A stretch of 64,000 bases of DNA from Octopus vulgaris (taxonomy: Eukaryota). This document shows, in pieces, positions 25,895 to 39,405 of this stretch. Made by a program: the position numbers and the translations under genes. A model generated the notes under the pieces. It was not told where the DNA came from and did not search any database. It saw nothing but the letters and a program-made list of their open reading frames with translations. Every line of letters begins with the position of its first letter. Within the stretch, counting starts at the first letter, position 1. The stretch covers positions 112,282,001-112,346,000 of the forward strand of contig OX597816.1 in NCBI GenBank assembly GCA_951406725.2. Reading direction: 5' to 3'.

Positions 25895-27574
25895 TTTCTT
25901 TTTGGCTCAAAATCAACTTTGATGGGTTGTTCATTAGCACATTAGAAATTAGCAATTAGATATATTTTTCTAAGAATTTATTCAAGAAAACAAAAACAAT
26001 AACAAACATACACACAAATGAATATAAAGCATTTTGTTTGTTTTTTTTTTTTTCTTTCTCTTTTCTTTTTGTGCTTTTGTAGTATAATCTTTTAGAAATT
26101 TGAACTTGGAATTTATATTTTATTTATTTTATTTTATTTTATTTTTCTTTCTTTTTTTTTGCTATATTAACTCAATAAATAAACAATTTGTTAAAAAGAA
26201 GACTAGTTAAAAATTTATCCTAACTCTGCCACAGTCTTCATCTAAACAGCATCGTTATGATTGTGACTATATCAGTAACTTTCACTTGGTCTGCTAATAT
26301 CACAATGCAGGAGGAGTTAGCTTCATGTTACTTTGTTGTTTTTTCCTTTCATCACTTTTGTTTGTTTTTTTATTTTTATTTATTTATTTTTTTTATAGAC
26401 ATCATTTTACACATATGCCTAATACCATTAACAGAAAACATGATGACAGATTAGTACTACTGATGATTACAAATTTTGCTTTAGTGGTGTAAATGGCATT
26501 GGTAATGATGCACAGGGAATTAGTAAGCACAAGATATAATGGAATCAATCACACCATCTTTAACAGTTACGTTAATATCAATATAGATTATTAATGTCGG
26601 CGATGATTATGGTAGCATAGTAAATTAATGGTGAACATTTCCAAACTGTATTAACTGAGGTTTGCATAAAAGAGACAGGAAAAGAGAAAGAGAGAGGCAG
26701 CAAGTGAAAATGGAAGAGTGACAGACAGGCAGGCAGACAGACAGGCACAGACATACAAACCTGCAGATAGACAGATTCAATAGGATATTATTATGAAAAA
26801 TAAAAGATCAAAATGTTTAAATGATCTATTGAAAAAGTACATTAAAATTTAAAAGCTAAAAAACAATGATCTGCATTTAAAAATGTAAGTGGGAGGAATT
26901 AGTATTGGTAAATTTAATTAATAAAGAAATTTATTTATTTATTTATTTATTCACTTTATAAGATTCGTTGTTTAAAAAGAGAAGTTGTGCAAATATAGAA
27001 GATTGTGCTTTATTGATAGGCATAATGAAAAGTATATATGCAGTATTAATCAACAATAAGGAATTAATTATTCTAGCGGGATTACACTTATGTTCAGCGA
27101 ATTCAGTCCTTAACAATTTCCTTCAGAAAGTAATTTAGAATTTTTACAACAGTAACCCATTTGCTTTTGTTATTGTTGTCTGGTTTATGTTCCAGATGAA
27201 TCATCATCATCATCATCATCATTTGATTTCCATTGTTGGGGGTTTGCAAGCTTGTAAAAGAAGAAGGAGATGAGGGGATGGGAAGGTAGCCTGCAACTCT
27301 AAACCAAGTTGGGTAGAATTAAATCAAGGTCATTATCTATTTATGCCAAAAACAAATCAAAAGGATATTTCAAAAGATTCTTATTTCATTCATACTGACT
27401 TCTTTCTTGATTTGAAACATTCAAATGAGGGTTTAGGGTTGAATGCATCTGGACTTTATAGTTCTTGTTTTTGCTGTCATTGTTTAACACCAAGCTAGCC
27501 ACAAGTGAACAGACACACCCAAAAGAAACTGGAATTTTAAGATATTATTTTACTCATTAGTTTTACATGTTTAC

Positions 27575-28200
27575 ATTTTTATTACCTTCAAAGTATTCTC
27601 CATTTGAAGCAATGCATCAGTCCAGGTACGTTTTCCACTATTCAAAGCAGTACTGGAACTCTTGCGAAGTGATGCCTTTTTACACCTCCACCATTTTTTT
27701 TCACCTCTTCCACATCTGCTTTCATCAATCACCAGTGACGACCTTCAAAGAAAGGTCTGGATCAACTTCCAACTGTTCTTTCAGTTCATGACAAACATTC
27801 AGTCATGACTGCATTTGATCCTCCGTGAACAAGTGAGGTACAAATTTTGCCGCAACTCTTTTCATTCACAATTCCTTACTCAAAATTCGTTGGCAGGAGC
27901 TCCGAGAGACACCAGTCATATCAACAGGTTTGTCAATTCTTTGGTGACAGTTCTCCAAAATCAATTCATGAATTTTCATGATGTTTTCATTTGTTTGGGA
28001 AGTCATCAATCATCCTGAATGAGGTTGGTCTTCAAGTGACAAGTGACCATTCTTTAAACGTGGAAACCACTCATAAATTTATGTTTTGTGTATGACAGTG
28101 TCCTTGTGAGCTATTTGAAGCATGACAACTGTTTCAGCCACTATTTTCCCCAGCAGAAAACATTTTCCAGAAGCATGCTATTCCTTTGTTTCAGTCATCG
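27575..28200 (-). mobile_element. Mariner (DD34D-like) transposase relic lacking the catalytic core
   Basis: IYEWFPRLKNG..SLEDQPHSG, MKRVAAKFVPHLFTEDQ, KVVTGD joined to C-terminal FQYCFE*WK...CIASNGEYFEG. A second N-terminal scrap (AMDETQIKEWYNHFK) lies at 28560-28618. Confidence 0.82.
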
Positions 28201-28320
28201 CAAAAATTGACGAATAGGGAAGAAGCACTGCAAAATCTTCTCAATTGGTTTCTTACTTCAGCTTATGAATGGCCTGCCTCAACATGCCTTGCTCTTCACA
28301 GAGATACAGCCAGGTATTTG

Positions 28321-28553
28321 GAGGTGGCAAGCTGGCAGAAACGGTTAGCACACTGGGTGAAATGCTGAACAGTATTTCATCTGCCATTACATTCTGAGTT
28401 CAAATTCTGCCAAGGTCAACTTTGCCTTTTGTCCTTTTGGGGTCGATTAAATAAGTACAAGTTACACACTGGGGTCGATATAATCGACTTAATCCGTTTG
28501 TCTGTCCTTGTTTGTCCTCTCTGTGTTTAGCCCCTTGTGGGTAGTAAAGAAAT
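28321..28553 (+). mobile_element. SINE family B with 9-bp TSD
   Basis: Full head-to-tail copy; TSD AGGTATTTG at 28312-28320 and 28554-28562. Confidence 0.88.
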
Positions 28554-29719
28554 AGGTATTTGAAGTGATTGTACCATTCTTTGATCTGAGTTTCATCCAT
28601 GGCATCATCACAAAAGGCTGTTATTTGACAGAGATCTAGCTGCTATTTTAGCAGGCTGAATAACCATGTAAAGGCTCTCTCATCAGACTCTTTAGTATGT
28701 TGATGACCTGTGTTTTGTTGTTTTTTGTTCTTTGTTAGTTTTATTGCCAAATCTTCTGAGGAGCTGCAGAAAATGTTTGCAACTTGAATGATTGGGTTGG
28801 GGTTAAAAGGTCTAAAAGCCAATATAAAATAGATAGTATAAGTTTCATAGGTCATGAAAGCTTAAAATATCTACATTAATGGTAGTGGTGATGGCAGTGA
28901 AGATAGCAGGCAGCTGCCATAGCTGCAATGGTGGTGGTGGCAGTGGCAGTAGCAGGGTTCTCAATGGACTTGGTGACAGTAATGGTGGCAGGGCTAGCAG
29001 TCACAGTAGCAACATAGGTGGTGTAGTGGGGCAATGGTTTTGGTGTTTAGTGTCAAATTGGCATACCAATGATCAACAGTGATCCACTTGGATCGTCCCA
29101 TATTTTATTTAAACATAGAGTGTATGAGTATCTAGGATAAACACAATCCAATGTATCCTTACATTTTTAAATGGTAGAGTGTGGTTTGAGGGAAAATCAG
29201 TCAGTAATTCTTGGAGGATATGTGACTATATAAAAGCATATTCACTGACTACTAGTTATTTCATTATAACTTGCCAATATATTCCTGTTACTAAGACAGT
29301 GAGCAGGCAAAATACTTGGTGACATCTCGACTGCTTTTACATTCCAGTTTCAAATCACACTAAAGTCAGCTTTGTCTATCATCCTTTCAAAGTCAATAAA
29401 ATAAATACCAGTAAAGTACTTGGGTTGATGTAATCAACTTACTCCCCCCCCCCAGTGAAATTGCTGGTCATATTCCTTAATTTGAAACCAATTTATTTCT
29501 GTTACTAATTTTTTTTTTTATCAAACCCATTTTTTTTTTATTAAACCCTTTCTTTTTTTGTATCAAACCCATTTTTTTTTATCAAAGCCAAGTCAAACCT
29601 ACTAGGATTTGATCTAAGAATAAATAGGAATGAAACTAAATACTATATGATGACATGAAGTTTAGCTTTCTACCATTGCTTTCATTTCCCTATGATCTTA
29701 CCAGCATAATCCTAACAGT

Positions 29720-29846
29720 AGGCACAGGTGTGCTTCCAGGTTCAGTCCCACTGCATACCCACTTCAGTAAGTGTTTTCTACTATAGCCTCAGGCTAACCA
29801 AAGCTTGGTGAGGGAATTTGACAGACGGAAACTAAAAGAAGCCTGT

Positions 29847-29891
<45 letters not shown>

Positions 29892-29901
29892 CTGTGTGTG
29901 C

Positions 29902-29945
<44 letters not shown>

Positions 29946-30118
29946 ATGTGTATGTGTGTTTGTTCCATATCACCACTTGACAGCTGATATTGGTGTTAGT
30001 GGGTTGACAAAAGATACAAGTACCAAGTACTGCAGTTGATTCATTTGACTAAAAGTACTTCAAGGTGGTGCCCTAGCATGGCCACAGTCTAATTACTGAA
30101 ACAAGTAAAAGATAAAAG
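29720..30118 (+). mobile_element. SINE family A (older copy)
   Basis: GGTTCAGTCCCACTGC, GACGGAAACTAAAAGAAGCC, (TG)n, GAAACAAGTAAAAG. Another decayed copy lies on the minus strand at ~30355-30810. Confidence 0.75.
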
Positions 30119-32117
30119 CATATGTGAATATTCCATAAGACTTTGAAAATAACCTAGAATTCCTGATTTTGATTTTGAAAAACTCTTGAGTCAATAAATA
30201 AAAAAGAAAAATTGTGTTTTAGTTACTTGTAATATCAGTCTGTAATATCAGAACATCAAATTTTGCTTTTGGAAAGAAATTCCAAAATATTCCTTAAAAT
30301 TTAGCTTATAAGCAGAATTGTGACACAATTTATGTATTATATTCTTCCATTATTTTACTTGATATAGTCAATGGACTACAGCCATGATCAGACACCACTT
30401 TCAAGGGTTTAATCAAAAAAATCTCCCAGTACTGGTTCTTATTCCATTAGTTTCTTTTTGCCAGACTGCTAAGTCACAGAGATATCCACAAACAAACAAT
30501 GGTTGTCAAGCATGCATGAGATAAACACAAACAAAAAGACACATGCACACACCTTCATACACACATACATGTGCACACACACACACATGCTCATATGGAC
30601 ACACACACACATGCATACACACACATACATATGCACATACATACACATACACACATATACACACACACATACATGTGAAACAGGCATACCACAGTTTTCA
30701 TCTGTCAAATTTACTCTAAAACATTTACCAGCCTGTGCTATAGTAGAAAACACTTGCCCAAGTTACTGCTCAGTAATTTGAACCCAAAACCATGTGGTTG
30801 GGAAGTGAATGCAACATATGCTTGTTTAAAATATGCAGTTAGAAAATTCAGAGCTGAGACACTCAATACTACAATTTTTTTTTTTTGTTTGTTTATATTA
30901 ATACATGATACTTAAAAATGTAAATACAAGAAATGTTGAGGTTTCAGAAAATTTGCAGTATACGTTTCCTTCAACTGTGTATGTTTAAAAGCTTCTTCAA
31001 TCTAGATATCACAGAGAAAGACAAAGTTTATTAGCCTCCATTACCCCACATCATACAAATAACATCAAATCCTTCTACATTTCTTGTTAAATCCTATCTC
31101 CCAGTAATGGCTTACATTGAAGATCTTCTGCTTTGATTCCCTCCTTGTTTACATTAGCAGTTATTTACTAACATAAATTCATGATGTAAAGCAATAAAAA
31201 AAATGTAGCAGTAACTCTGACGTCTTGTTCTTGAAGAATTTTATTGCCAGATAGATTAGTGAAAGAAATTTTATGGAACAAAATTGTAAATTCCTCACAT
31301 AAAATCTACCCAGTTCTGAAATGTGAACATCATTTTGTTACCCTACTTGTTACAAGAATTTCAAAAATCACATTCTCCATTACCCAATCTTATTGCCTCT
31401 TAATACTTGTGAAGTAGATTTCTTCCCTGTTTTCAAATCTCACTTCATGTATAAACTGTTTTCCAAATCCTTTATTTGTTTATTTTCTTCCCTCTTAATA
31501 ATTTATTCTACAATTTTACCTTGGTTCCACTGACATTCAGGAACAATTTGTTACAAATTAATTATCCAAACTTTTATTAAAATTCAGCTATCCATTTCCT
31601 TGACCAATTTCACATTTGTTCAATTTTTAAGTCTTGCTAGTAGCTGGCTATAATTATTCATAGCTGTTCTACGCATACTGTGTTTAAATATACAGAACCT
31701 TGAAGATCTACATAAGAGGCACATAAGATATGCTTATAAAATCTTACAAGTTGATGTTTTATTTCCATATAAACAACATTTCTCTCTTATTTCAGATAGC
31801 CTTACGGGATTCCTTCTTGACAAAAACATCAGAGATAATATATACACATATGTTTGCTGATGTCTTGCTACAGATCAACCTTTAATGAATAACATAAAAA
31901 GAAAAAAGTAGTGCATTCTTTGAGGAAGATTTTGTTGCTATTTCTAAAATGTGGAAAGACCACAGAGTTCTTTCAATGGCTCATGAAAAACATAGAAAAT
32001 TTATTTTGTGCTAAGTTCTTTCTATGTGTGGTGGGATGGGGAGGTCACCTCCTCTAGAAGAGTTAATACCACAAGAAATTTATACAGGTATACAAAACCA
32101 GGCACACACACATACGC

Positions 32118-32162
<45 letters not shown>

Positions 32163-32205
32163 TACACACACACATTCACACACACATATATATACATACA
32201 TATAT

Positions 32206-33330
32206 ATGGGGCCCCAACTATGCAAACCTGTTCACTGGCTACATTGAGGCCCAAATATTCTCAAGTTTCACTAGTCCCACTCCTGAACTAAACTGCTGTT
32301 ATATTGACCACTGTATCAGTGCGACCTCACTCTCCCACGAACATCTTGACTCCTTCCTCTCCTTTATCAAAGCTTTCCATCTTGCCCCCCACTTCTCCTG
32401 CACTATCTCTGACACCTCTGTCTCCTTTCTTGACATTTCCGTTAATATTCATCACTCCACTCTCACCACCTCCATCCACTACAAACACATAGACTCACAC
32501 TCATATCTCAACTTCTCCTCCTCCCACCCCAAACACACCAAGCTTTCCATCACCTATTCCCAATTCTTCTATCTACGTAGGCTCTGTAGTGACAACCATG
32601 ACTTTGAGACTCAGTCTCAACTCATGGCTCACCACTTCATGCTACGTGGATATCCCCTCACCACTATCCACACTGCCCTTGCCAGAGCACATTCCATGAA
32701 CCATGTATCTTCTCTCTCTCCCCACACCCACCCTACCGTCTCCTGTCTCCCGTTTACCCTCACCTACTATTCCACCACCCTACCTCTCCAATGCACAATT
32801 CTCCGTGCCTTCTGGCGACACCAGTCCGACCCCTCCACTTTGCACATCTTCCCTAACCAACCCCTCCCCTCCTTTAAATGAGCCCACAACCTACGAGACG
32901 TCTTGGCTCACAAATTCTTCCCTAACCCACCCTCCCAACCCAGCTTGTTCCCCTGCTCCCACCCACACTGCTGCACTTGCCCTTACCTCTCCAACACCAC
33001 CCTCCTCACCAGCACCCATCATTGGCCCTATCACATCACTGACTCCTTCACCTGCACTTCTACCCATGTCATCTACTACATCTCCTGCTTTTTCTGCCCT
33101 TCTTTATACACTGGGCAAACGGGACAACGCTTCGCTGACCAGTTCACAGAACACCTCTGAGACATCCAACTCGGCAATGACAACCCAGTCTCGCACCATT
33201 TCCGTTCTACCTTTGCAACACCTGTCTGTGTTCGGATTGTCTTTGCACAAGCACCATCCAGACTCCCGTTTGCACCGTGAACAGGGATTAATCTTCTCTC
33301 TTCACTCCTTTGCACCACATAGGCTCAACT
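32206..33330 (+). mobile_element. Penelope-like retroelement remnant (RT C-half and GIY-YIG endonuclease)
   Basis: GPNYANLF, YIDH (decayed YIDD), VSFLDI, YKHIDSHSYLNFSSSHP, YSQF..LRRLCS, RGYP; then C..P.CCTC and VIYYISCFFC..LYTGQT...F.EH. Two in-frame TGA stops (32879, 33158) and a later frameshift. Confidence 0.92.
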
Positions 33331-33989
33331 CTCCTCCCCTCTCCTCTCTCCCCCTCACACCTACTTTCTCTCACCCACTTCTCCTCTCTTACTCTGACTC
33401 CTACTTCTCTTCACTTCTACTCTCCTCTCTTCTCTTCATTCAAGGTCACCAGCCCTCTTCCACACACACATACATACTCTCTTATACACACGCATGTGCA
33501 CCTTCATTTTGGGATCACCACTACTTTATCATCTCCCCTTCTTCCTAGCTCTTCTGTGTGACCCCTCTGTCCGGCATTCGTCATGTACTAGATATGTTTT
33601 TTCATGGTACCAAAAGTGGAGAAATTAAATAAACAGACTTCAGAATCCTAAACTTTCTCTGCTCATTTGCAAACCACTTTACAGTATATTCTGGATGCAT
33701 TTTGTGGTACCAGAAAAAGAGAGAAATAGACTTGTTCATCTTTCAGTTTGAGAGGACATGAGTTGTAGGCTTTCTGTTGTGGTACCTGAACAGGGGAGGA
33801 GGTACTTTGTGTACAAGATCATGTAAGGAAGACTCAAAGAGCTAAGATATTTAAAGTAGGGAGAGGAAAATATGAGGGACAAAATGATGTTAGCAGCAAG
33901 GCCAGAACTGGTTGAGGAGAGGAAATAAGAGTTGTCAAGAGCCTAAGATATATACATTTGCTTAGATAACCAAGGAGAAAATTAGAAGA

Positions 33990-34365
33990 GAGAATGTTGA
34001 TGTCAGGGGGTGCTGGATGGCTGGGTGGAAAGAAGGAATTGTAGTATGACGTACATATCAAGGTTATTAAGGGTGGAATCAGGTAGGGAGTAACTAGCAA
34101 CAGCAAAGATGAACAAAGTTAAGGGTGAGTGATGGACAAAACAAAAAAGTAGGTGATAAATGGCAACAGAAGTGACCCTTGTAGGGAGGAAAGAGTAACA
34201 GCTGGTAGTAGAGGAGGACAAAAAAGGTACAGATGATGGACTACAGAGAGAGATTTATGAAGACATGAGGATGGTCCAATGCAAAAGATGAGGGTGGACC
34301 AGTGCAGTCTCCAATACATAGACTTTGTAAAGGGTAAGTGAATCAAACAGATGAGATGGACCAAT
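33990..34365 (-). mobile_element. CR1/L2-like LINE 3' remnant, decayed
   Basis: Minus-strand LTLYK.Y..., later CTSYYNSFFP, resembling the RT..Y..SFFP C-terminal motif of CR1/L2-group LINEs. Confidence 0.5.
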
Positions 34366-34439
34366 GCATTCTCTTAAATATAGGCCTATCTTGGCAGAGT
34401 ATAAAATACCTCAATCCCTGAGCACCAGCCTCGAGTCAG

Positions 34440-35460
34440 GATATTTTTTGTTATAGACAGTTAGATCTTCTACAACACCACATGTTGCCACTCAGTACAA
34501 TCCTTTGTCATCTCATCCGTGAGACCAGCCTTCACAATTTCGTCCCAAGTCTTCTTTGAGTTCTTCAAACTTGGAGTTCTTGGCACTTCATTGAAGGCAT
34601 GTGGCCCATTGATTAGTGATGTTTGACTCGTGAACATAACATCGTGGGTTCAATTTCTTATCTGGTTGGTGTGTTGTTTCCTTGAGCAAGGTGCTTCATT
34701 TCACAGTGCTCCAATCTATTCAACTGAAAATTAGTACCAGCCTAATGCAGGTGCACCTCTCTCTCTCTCCCTCCAGCAGTCACATCCTTGTGACAATGGT
34801 GGGAAAGCTGAGAGGATGCCTATGTCTACTTGTGATCATACAGGCACCTAAAACTATTAGCAAAAGCATGGTACATTATTTCCAAGCCAAACTCATTCAA
34901 AACTACACTAGTCTTGGCATTTCTTTATGAAGAAGTCCTCCTCTATACACATCACATGCTCATATCAGCCTTCTTTATTGCACACTACCCTAATTCTTCT
35001 TATACCCAATTTGTTACTCAGCTCATTTGTATTCTGTCTCCTTGTACATGAACATTACACATCACATCACATCAGAGCATACTCGCTTCATTTCCTTCTA
35101 GCTTTCACACATCTCCTGCATTCATGGCTTGCATCTCACTATCAGGCAACTTAGCAGTTCTAACACAAGTATCATATAATCTGCCTTCCACTCTGAAGCT
35201 GAAAATCTTTGTTGCCAACAGCAGTAATAGTCCCTAAAACTTTTTCCAATCACTTCTTACCCTGGATATTATACTTCTGAAAAACTGTCTCCTTTGTTGA
35301 TTTTGTCACCACAACTTCATATAAACTAACTGAGTTATTTAAGAGAGTCTATATCCAGTGTACTTTTAGTGCATATTGTTCCAATGTCTTTGTCACATAC
35401 AAAGCTTGCCTTCATTGTTAGCCTTCCTGAGATTCCACTAAACCTCTTATGTGATGATAT
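34440..35460 (-). mobile_element. Decayed RTE LINE, interrupted by a SINE at ~34595-34745
   Basis: RVRSDWKKF..LL.LL.TK.FSFRVEGRLYDTCVRTA, LEGNEASML, and KKTWDEIVKAGLTDEMT. Confidence 0.75.
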
Positions 35461-35685
35461 CTCACACTGGTTACAGTGTAGGTGAACTCTTATAAGCTGT
35501 TGACTTGGTTTTCATTCTTTGCTTCTTCTACTACTTTCAGTCATTCAACTGTGGTCATATTGTTGCACTGCCTTCAAGTGATTTTAATAAAATATATTGG
35601 TATTTTAGATAATTTGTTTGGTACTTATTTCATTAATCTTGTAAGAAGTGAAATGCAAAGTAGATATTTTCATAACTCCTTCTTA

Positions 35686-35897
35686 TACTCTTTTATTTGT
35701 TTCAGTCATGTGACTGTGGCCATGCTGGAGCACCGCCTTTAGTCAAGCAAATTGACCCAGGGTTTATTCTTTGTAAGCTTAGTACTTATTCTATCAGTCT
35801 CTTTTGCCGAACCGCTAAGTTACAGGGACATAACCACACCAGCATCAGTTGTCAAGCGATGTGGGGGGGGGGGGAACAAACGCATTCACAAACATAT

Positions 35898-35954
<57 letters not shown>

Positions 35955-36117
35955 TCTGACGGGCTTCTTTCAGTTTCCATCTACCAAATCCACTCACAAG
36001 GTTTTGGTCAGTCCGAGGCTATAGTAGAAGACACTTGCCCAAGGTGCCATGCAGTGGGACTGAACCTGGAAGCATGTGGTTCATAAGCAAGCTACTTACC
36101 ACACAGCCACTCCTACG
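35686..36117 (-). mobile_element. SINE family A, full length
   Basis: Collinear with 39010-39405, 43103-43496 and 57199-57582. Confidence 0.9.
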
Positions 36118-36442
36118 AGAACAACCACTCCTAAGAGAACATAACTAAGAACTGAAATGGTAGTTATGTTTGAAAGCATCAATTTTGGTTCATTTCACAC
36201 TGTGTATATAGAAAGGACTTCCACACAGTTCAGATCTACTGTTTGTCAGTTTCAAGATATTTGAAATCACTTGTTTACATTACCACACAATGAGATTGTA
36301 CAAGGAACCAGATGGTTATGATGTGAACTTGTTGACAACACAATCATGCTTCTCTTCATGAATAATGAAACCAAGAAGAAATACTTGTGTTTGAACACAG
36401 CTATGATAAAAACATGGAATTAATGCATATTAAATGCTTTGG

Positions 36443-36706
36443 ATGACTGCAGAGTGGAAGACACATGTTAGCCATTCAGAAACACACAAAGACTGTTAAC
36501 TTCACTTAAACATTTATCATTTGTAATATGGTGTCAAAACTTTTATCACTCAAAACTGCAACCCAGTGTAATGTTGACAGTAACCAGGTTGCAGTTTCAG
36601 GCAATAAACATTTTGACACCTACTTCAAACAATAAATATTTAAATGAAGTTAACAGTTTTTGTATGTTTCTGACTGGCTAACATGTGTCTTCCATGCTGC
36701 AATCGT
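36443..36706. repeat. Long imperfect palindrome
   Basis: Arms 36443-36563 and 36587-36706, e.g. TGGAAGACACATGTTAGCCA / TGGCTAACATGTGTCTTCCA. Confidence 0.85.
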
Positions 36707-37119
36707 TTTAGTTTCAACACACAGTCTCAGATCAAATCACATGCCAGGCAAGTATAGTTCCATAAAATGCTATAGAGTTAGCGTACATTAAGTATTTGAA
36801 TGATTCATATATAATTACTGTTACAACTGTATTCCAATTGTCGCATCCCCAAATCATTTGCATGAAGAATCCACAAGTTAAGGATTGCTTCAGCAGGAAG
36901 CAATGTATCAAAATATCAAGTTGTCTTCAGGTTGAATGCTTATAGCAAAGTTAACTCTATTAAAAGCACTGAAGGGTAAAGGGATTTTGTTTGATCTACC
37001 AATCTACCAATCAAATACAGGTACTGTCTGATGAACTTCCATGCAATTTCAACTTTATCTTGGCTTTTCTCTTCTACATTCCAGATCCTCTGCTTCAATG
37101 GTATCATATATTTCCTGTA

Positions 37120-37350
37120 GGCGGCGAGCTGGTAGAAACGTTAGCACGCCGGGCGAAATGTGTAGCCATATTTCATCTGCCGTTACATTCTGAGTTCAAA
37201 TTCCGCCGAGGTTGACTTTGCCTTTCATCCTTTCGGGGTCGATAAATTAAGTACCAGTTACGCACTGGGGTCAATGTAATCGACTTAATCCCTTTGTCTG
37301 TCCTTGTTTGTCCCCTCTATGTTTAGCCCCTTGCGGGTAATAAAGAAACA
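37120..37350 (+). mobile_element. SINE family B, young copy with 21-bp TSD
   Basis: TSD GGTATCATATATTTCCTGTAG at 37100-37120 and 37351-37371; CpGs retained. Confidence 0.92.
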
Positions 37351-37579
37351 GGTATCATATATTTCCTGTAGATTGGTTTTGTTGGTTTGCAACTCCAGTC
37401 TGTGTTCCTCTGTAGTTCCTGATAGGTAAGTTTCAAAAGCCTTTTGCACTTTCTCATGTGTTGCAACAACCCTCAAGCCAGTTGATGATCTTTTACAGTG
37501 CTTCTTTGAAGGCTACAGTTGTTCTGCAGTTTCTTTGTTTGTTGTGATCAATGCTGGTGTATTTCTGTTATTCACTTCA

Positions 37580-37900
37580 AAGCAATCTTGCATTGCAACA
37601 AAGTGGTCTTTTACTGAAGCAAAGAAGTGTTTAGATGGCTGCTATGCAAAGATGTTATGAATGGCCATGGATGCAAAATGGCAACAAATTATGACCAATG
37701 AGCATCTTTATGGAAACAGTCTGAAAGTGACAAACAAGACCAGAGAACAATATCTCTGCATATCAGATCATTGCAAGCAGCACTAGAAAGAAGAATCATC
37801 AAAATTTGTGCTTTGGGAGCCACAATATGATACCAGGAATCATGGGAGACATCATCTGATATTTATCAAGAACCTGAAGTAGGTCACAGGATTGGACTCT
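37580..37900 (+). mobile_element. Decayed RTE-like LINE C-terminus (relative of 57718-58195)
   Basis: WSFT..KKCLDGCYAKML*MA...WQQIMTNEHLYG...SKFVLWEP.....GR. Adjacent minus-strand LINE-like scraps at 37372-37500 and ~38330-38400. Confidence 0.65.
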
Positions 37901-38825
37901 GTCCACAAATGGAAGTGGGTAAAGATGAATCAAGACACTAGACAAAATGATTTTATCTTTAAGGAACAACTGGAAGCACAGCAAGGTGGTGCCCCAGCAT
38001 GACCACATCCCAGTAGCCATGCTGGGGCACCACCTTGAGCAATTAGTCAAACAAGTCAACCACACTATTTATTTTTTTTAGTCTGATATTTATTCTAACA
38101 AGTCTCATTTGCCAAATTGTTAGGGTTATGGGGATGTAAACAAACCAACACAAGCACAAGACATACACACACACACACATACATCAACTGCACTTAAGTT
38201 GACTGCAAAGATCATTGCAGAAGGTCTGCAAGTTTTTGATGACAACAACTCTAAATCATGACCCTTGCATAAAATTTATACAGAGAAGTTTACCATGACA
38301 TGAGCTTTTCCAATAAGCTGTACAAAGAGATGATGTGTCATAAATGTCAAGCAATTTTGGAAATGTTCTTCTCCACTCAAGTAGCTGTTGAAGATGATGA
38401 ACTGTAAGATAGAAGATAATGTCCCTCATCAATTCAGGAACTCTCATTCTACCGCCATCCTTTACACGGCAGTCAGCATCTTTTATGGTAAGAACATATC
38501 TTATTGCAATATTACGATTCTTGTTTATTCCCTCATGTATATCTCTTCAAATATTTTTATGGCCTCATATTGTTACTGTGTGTGTTTAGAAATTGTTATT
38601 TTTATGCATAAAAGTGGTCACATTGCTTATTTTGTAGTCGTTGTCAATTTCTTTTTGTTCCCTTTTTTTAAAATATCCTATGGAATGCTATATTGTTTTA
38701 AAACATGAATTCAATTTGAAAATTAATTTTGTATTTCAGGATTTTGCATTATCGCAAGTTTTTCAGGAACATATTCTGGGAGTAATGCAGGGGATTCCTG
38801 TACACATACATTCGTGCATGCACAT

Positions 38826-38864
<39 letters not shown>

Positions 38865-39009
38865 CACACTCAGACACACACATAGAAGAAGAGGGGGAGC
38901 AAGGAAGAGAGGGAGATAGTTTTACATATATGATAGAGTGAATTTAAAACTTTGGTTAATAGTGATAATCCTTACAATTAAAAAACAATAACTTTACACT
39001 TTACACTTT

Positions 39010-39405
39010 TACTCTTTTACTTGTTTCAGTCTTTTGACTGCAGCCATGCTGGAGCACCACCTTTAGTCGAGCAAATCGATCCCAAGACTTATTCTTTGTA
39101 AGCCTAGTACTTATTCTATTGATGTCATTTGCCGAACCACCAAATTACGCAGATGTAAACACACCACCATTGGTTGTCAAGCGATGTTGGGGGACAAACA
39201 CAGACACACAAACATATACACACACATACATACATATATACATATATACGCCGGGCTTCTTTCAGTTTCCATCTACCAAATCCACTCACAAGGCTTTGGT
39301 TGGTCCGAGGCTATAGTAGAAGACACTTGCCCGAGGTGCCATGCAGTGGGACTGAACCCGGAACTTATGTGGTTGGTAAGCAAGCTACTTACCACACAGC
39401 TACTC
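39010..39405 (-). mobile_element. SINE family A, full length
   Basis: Same head, CORE-like box, microsatellite core and 3' end as the other copies. Confidence 0.9.

Noticed and set aside
25628-25955. Poly-Ile/Tyr/Asn ORFs (and similar His-Thr, Cys-Val, Tyr-Ile ORFs at 8532-8944, 46396-46709, 59014-59531, 60205-60600)
   Set aside because: Translations of microsatellites with no coding signal.
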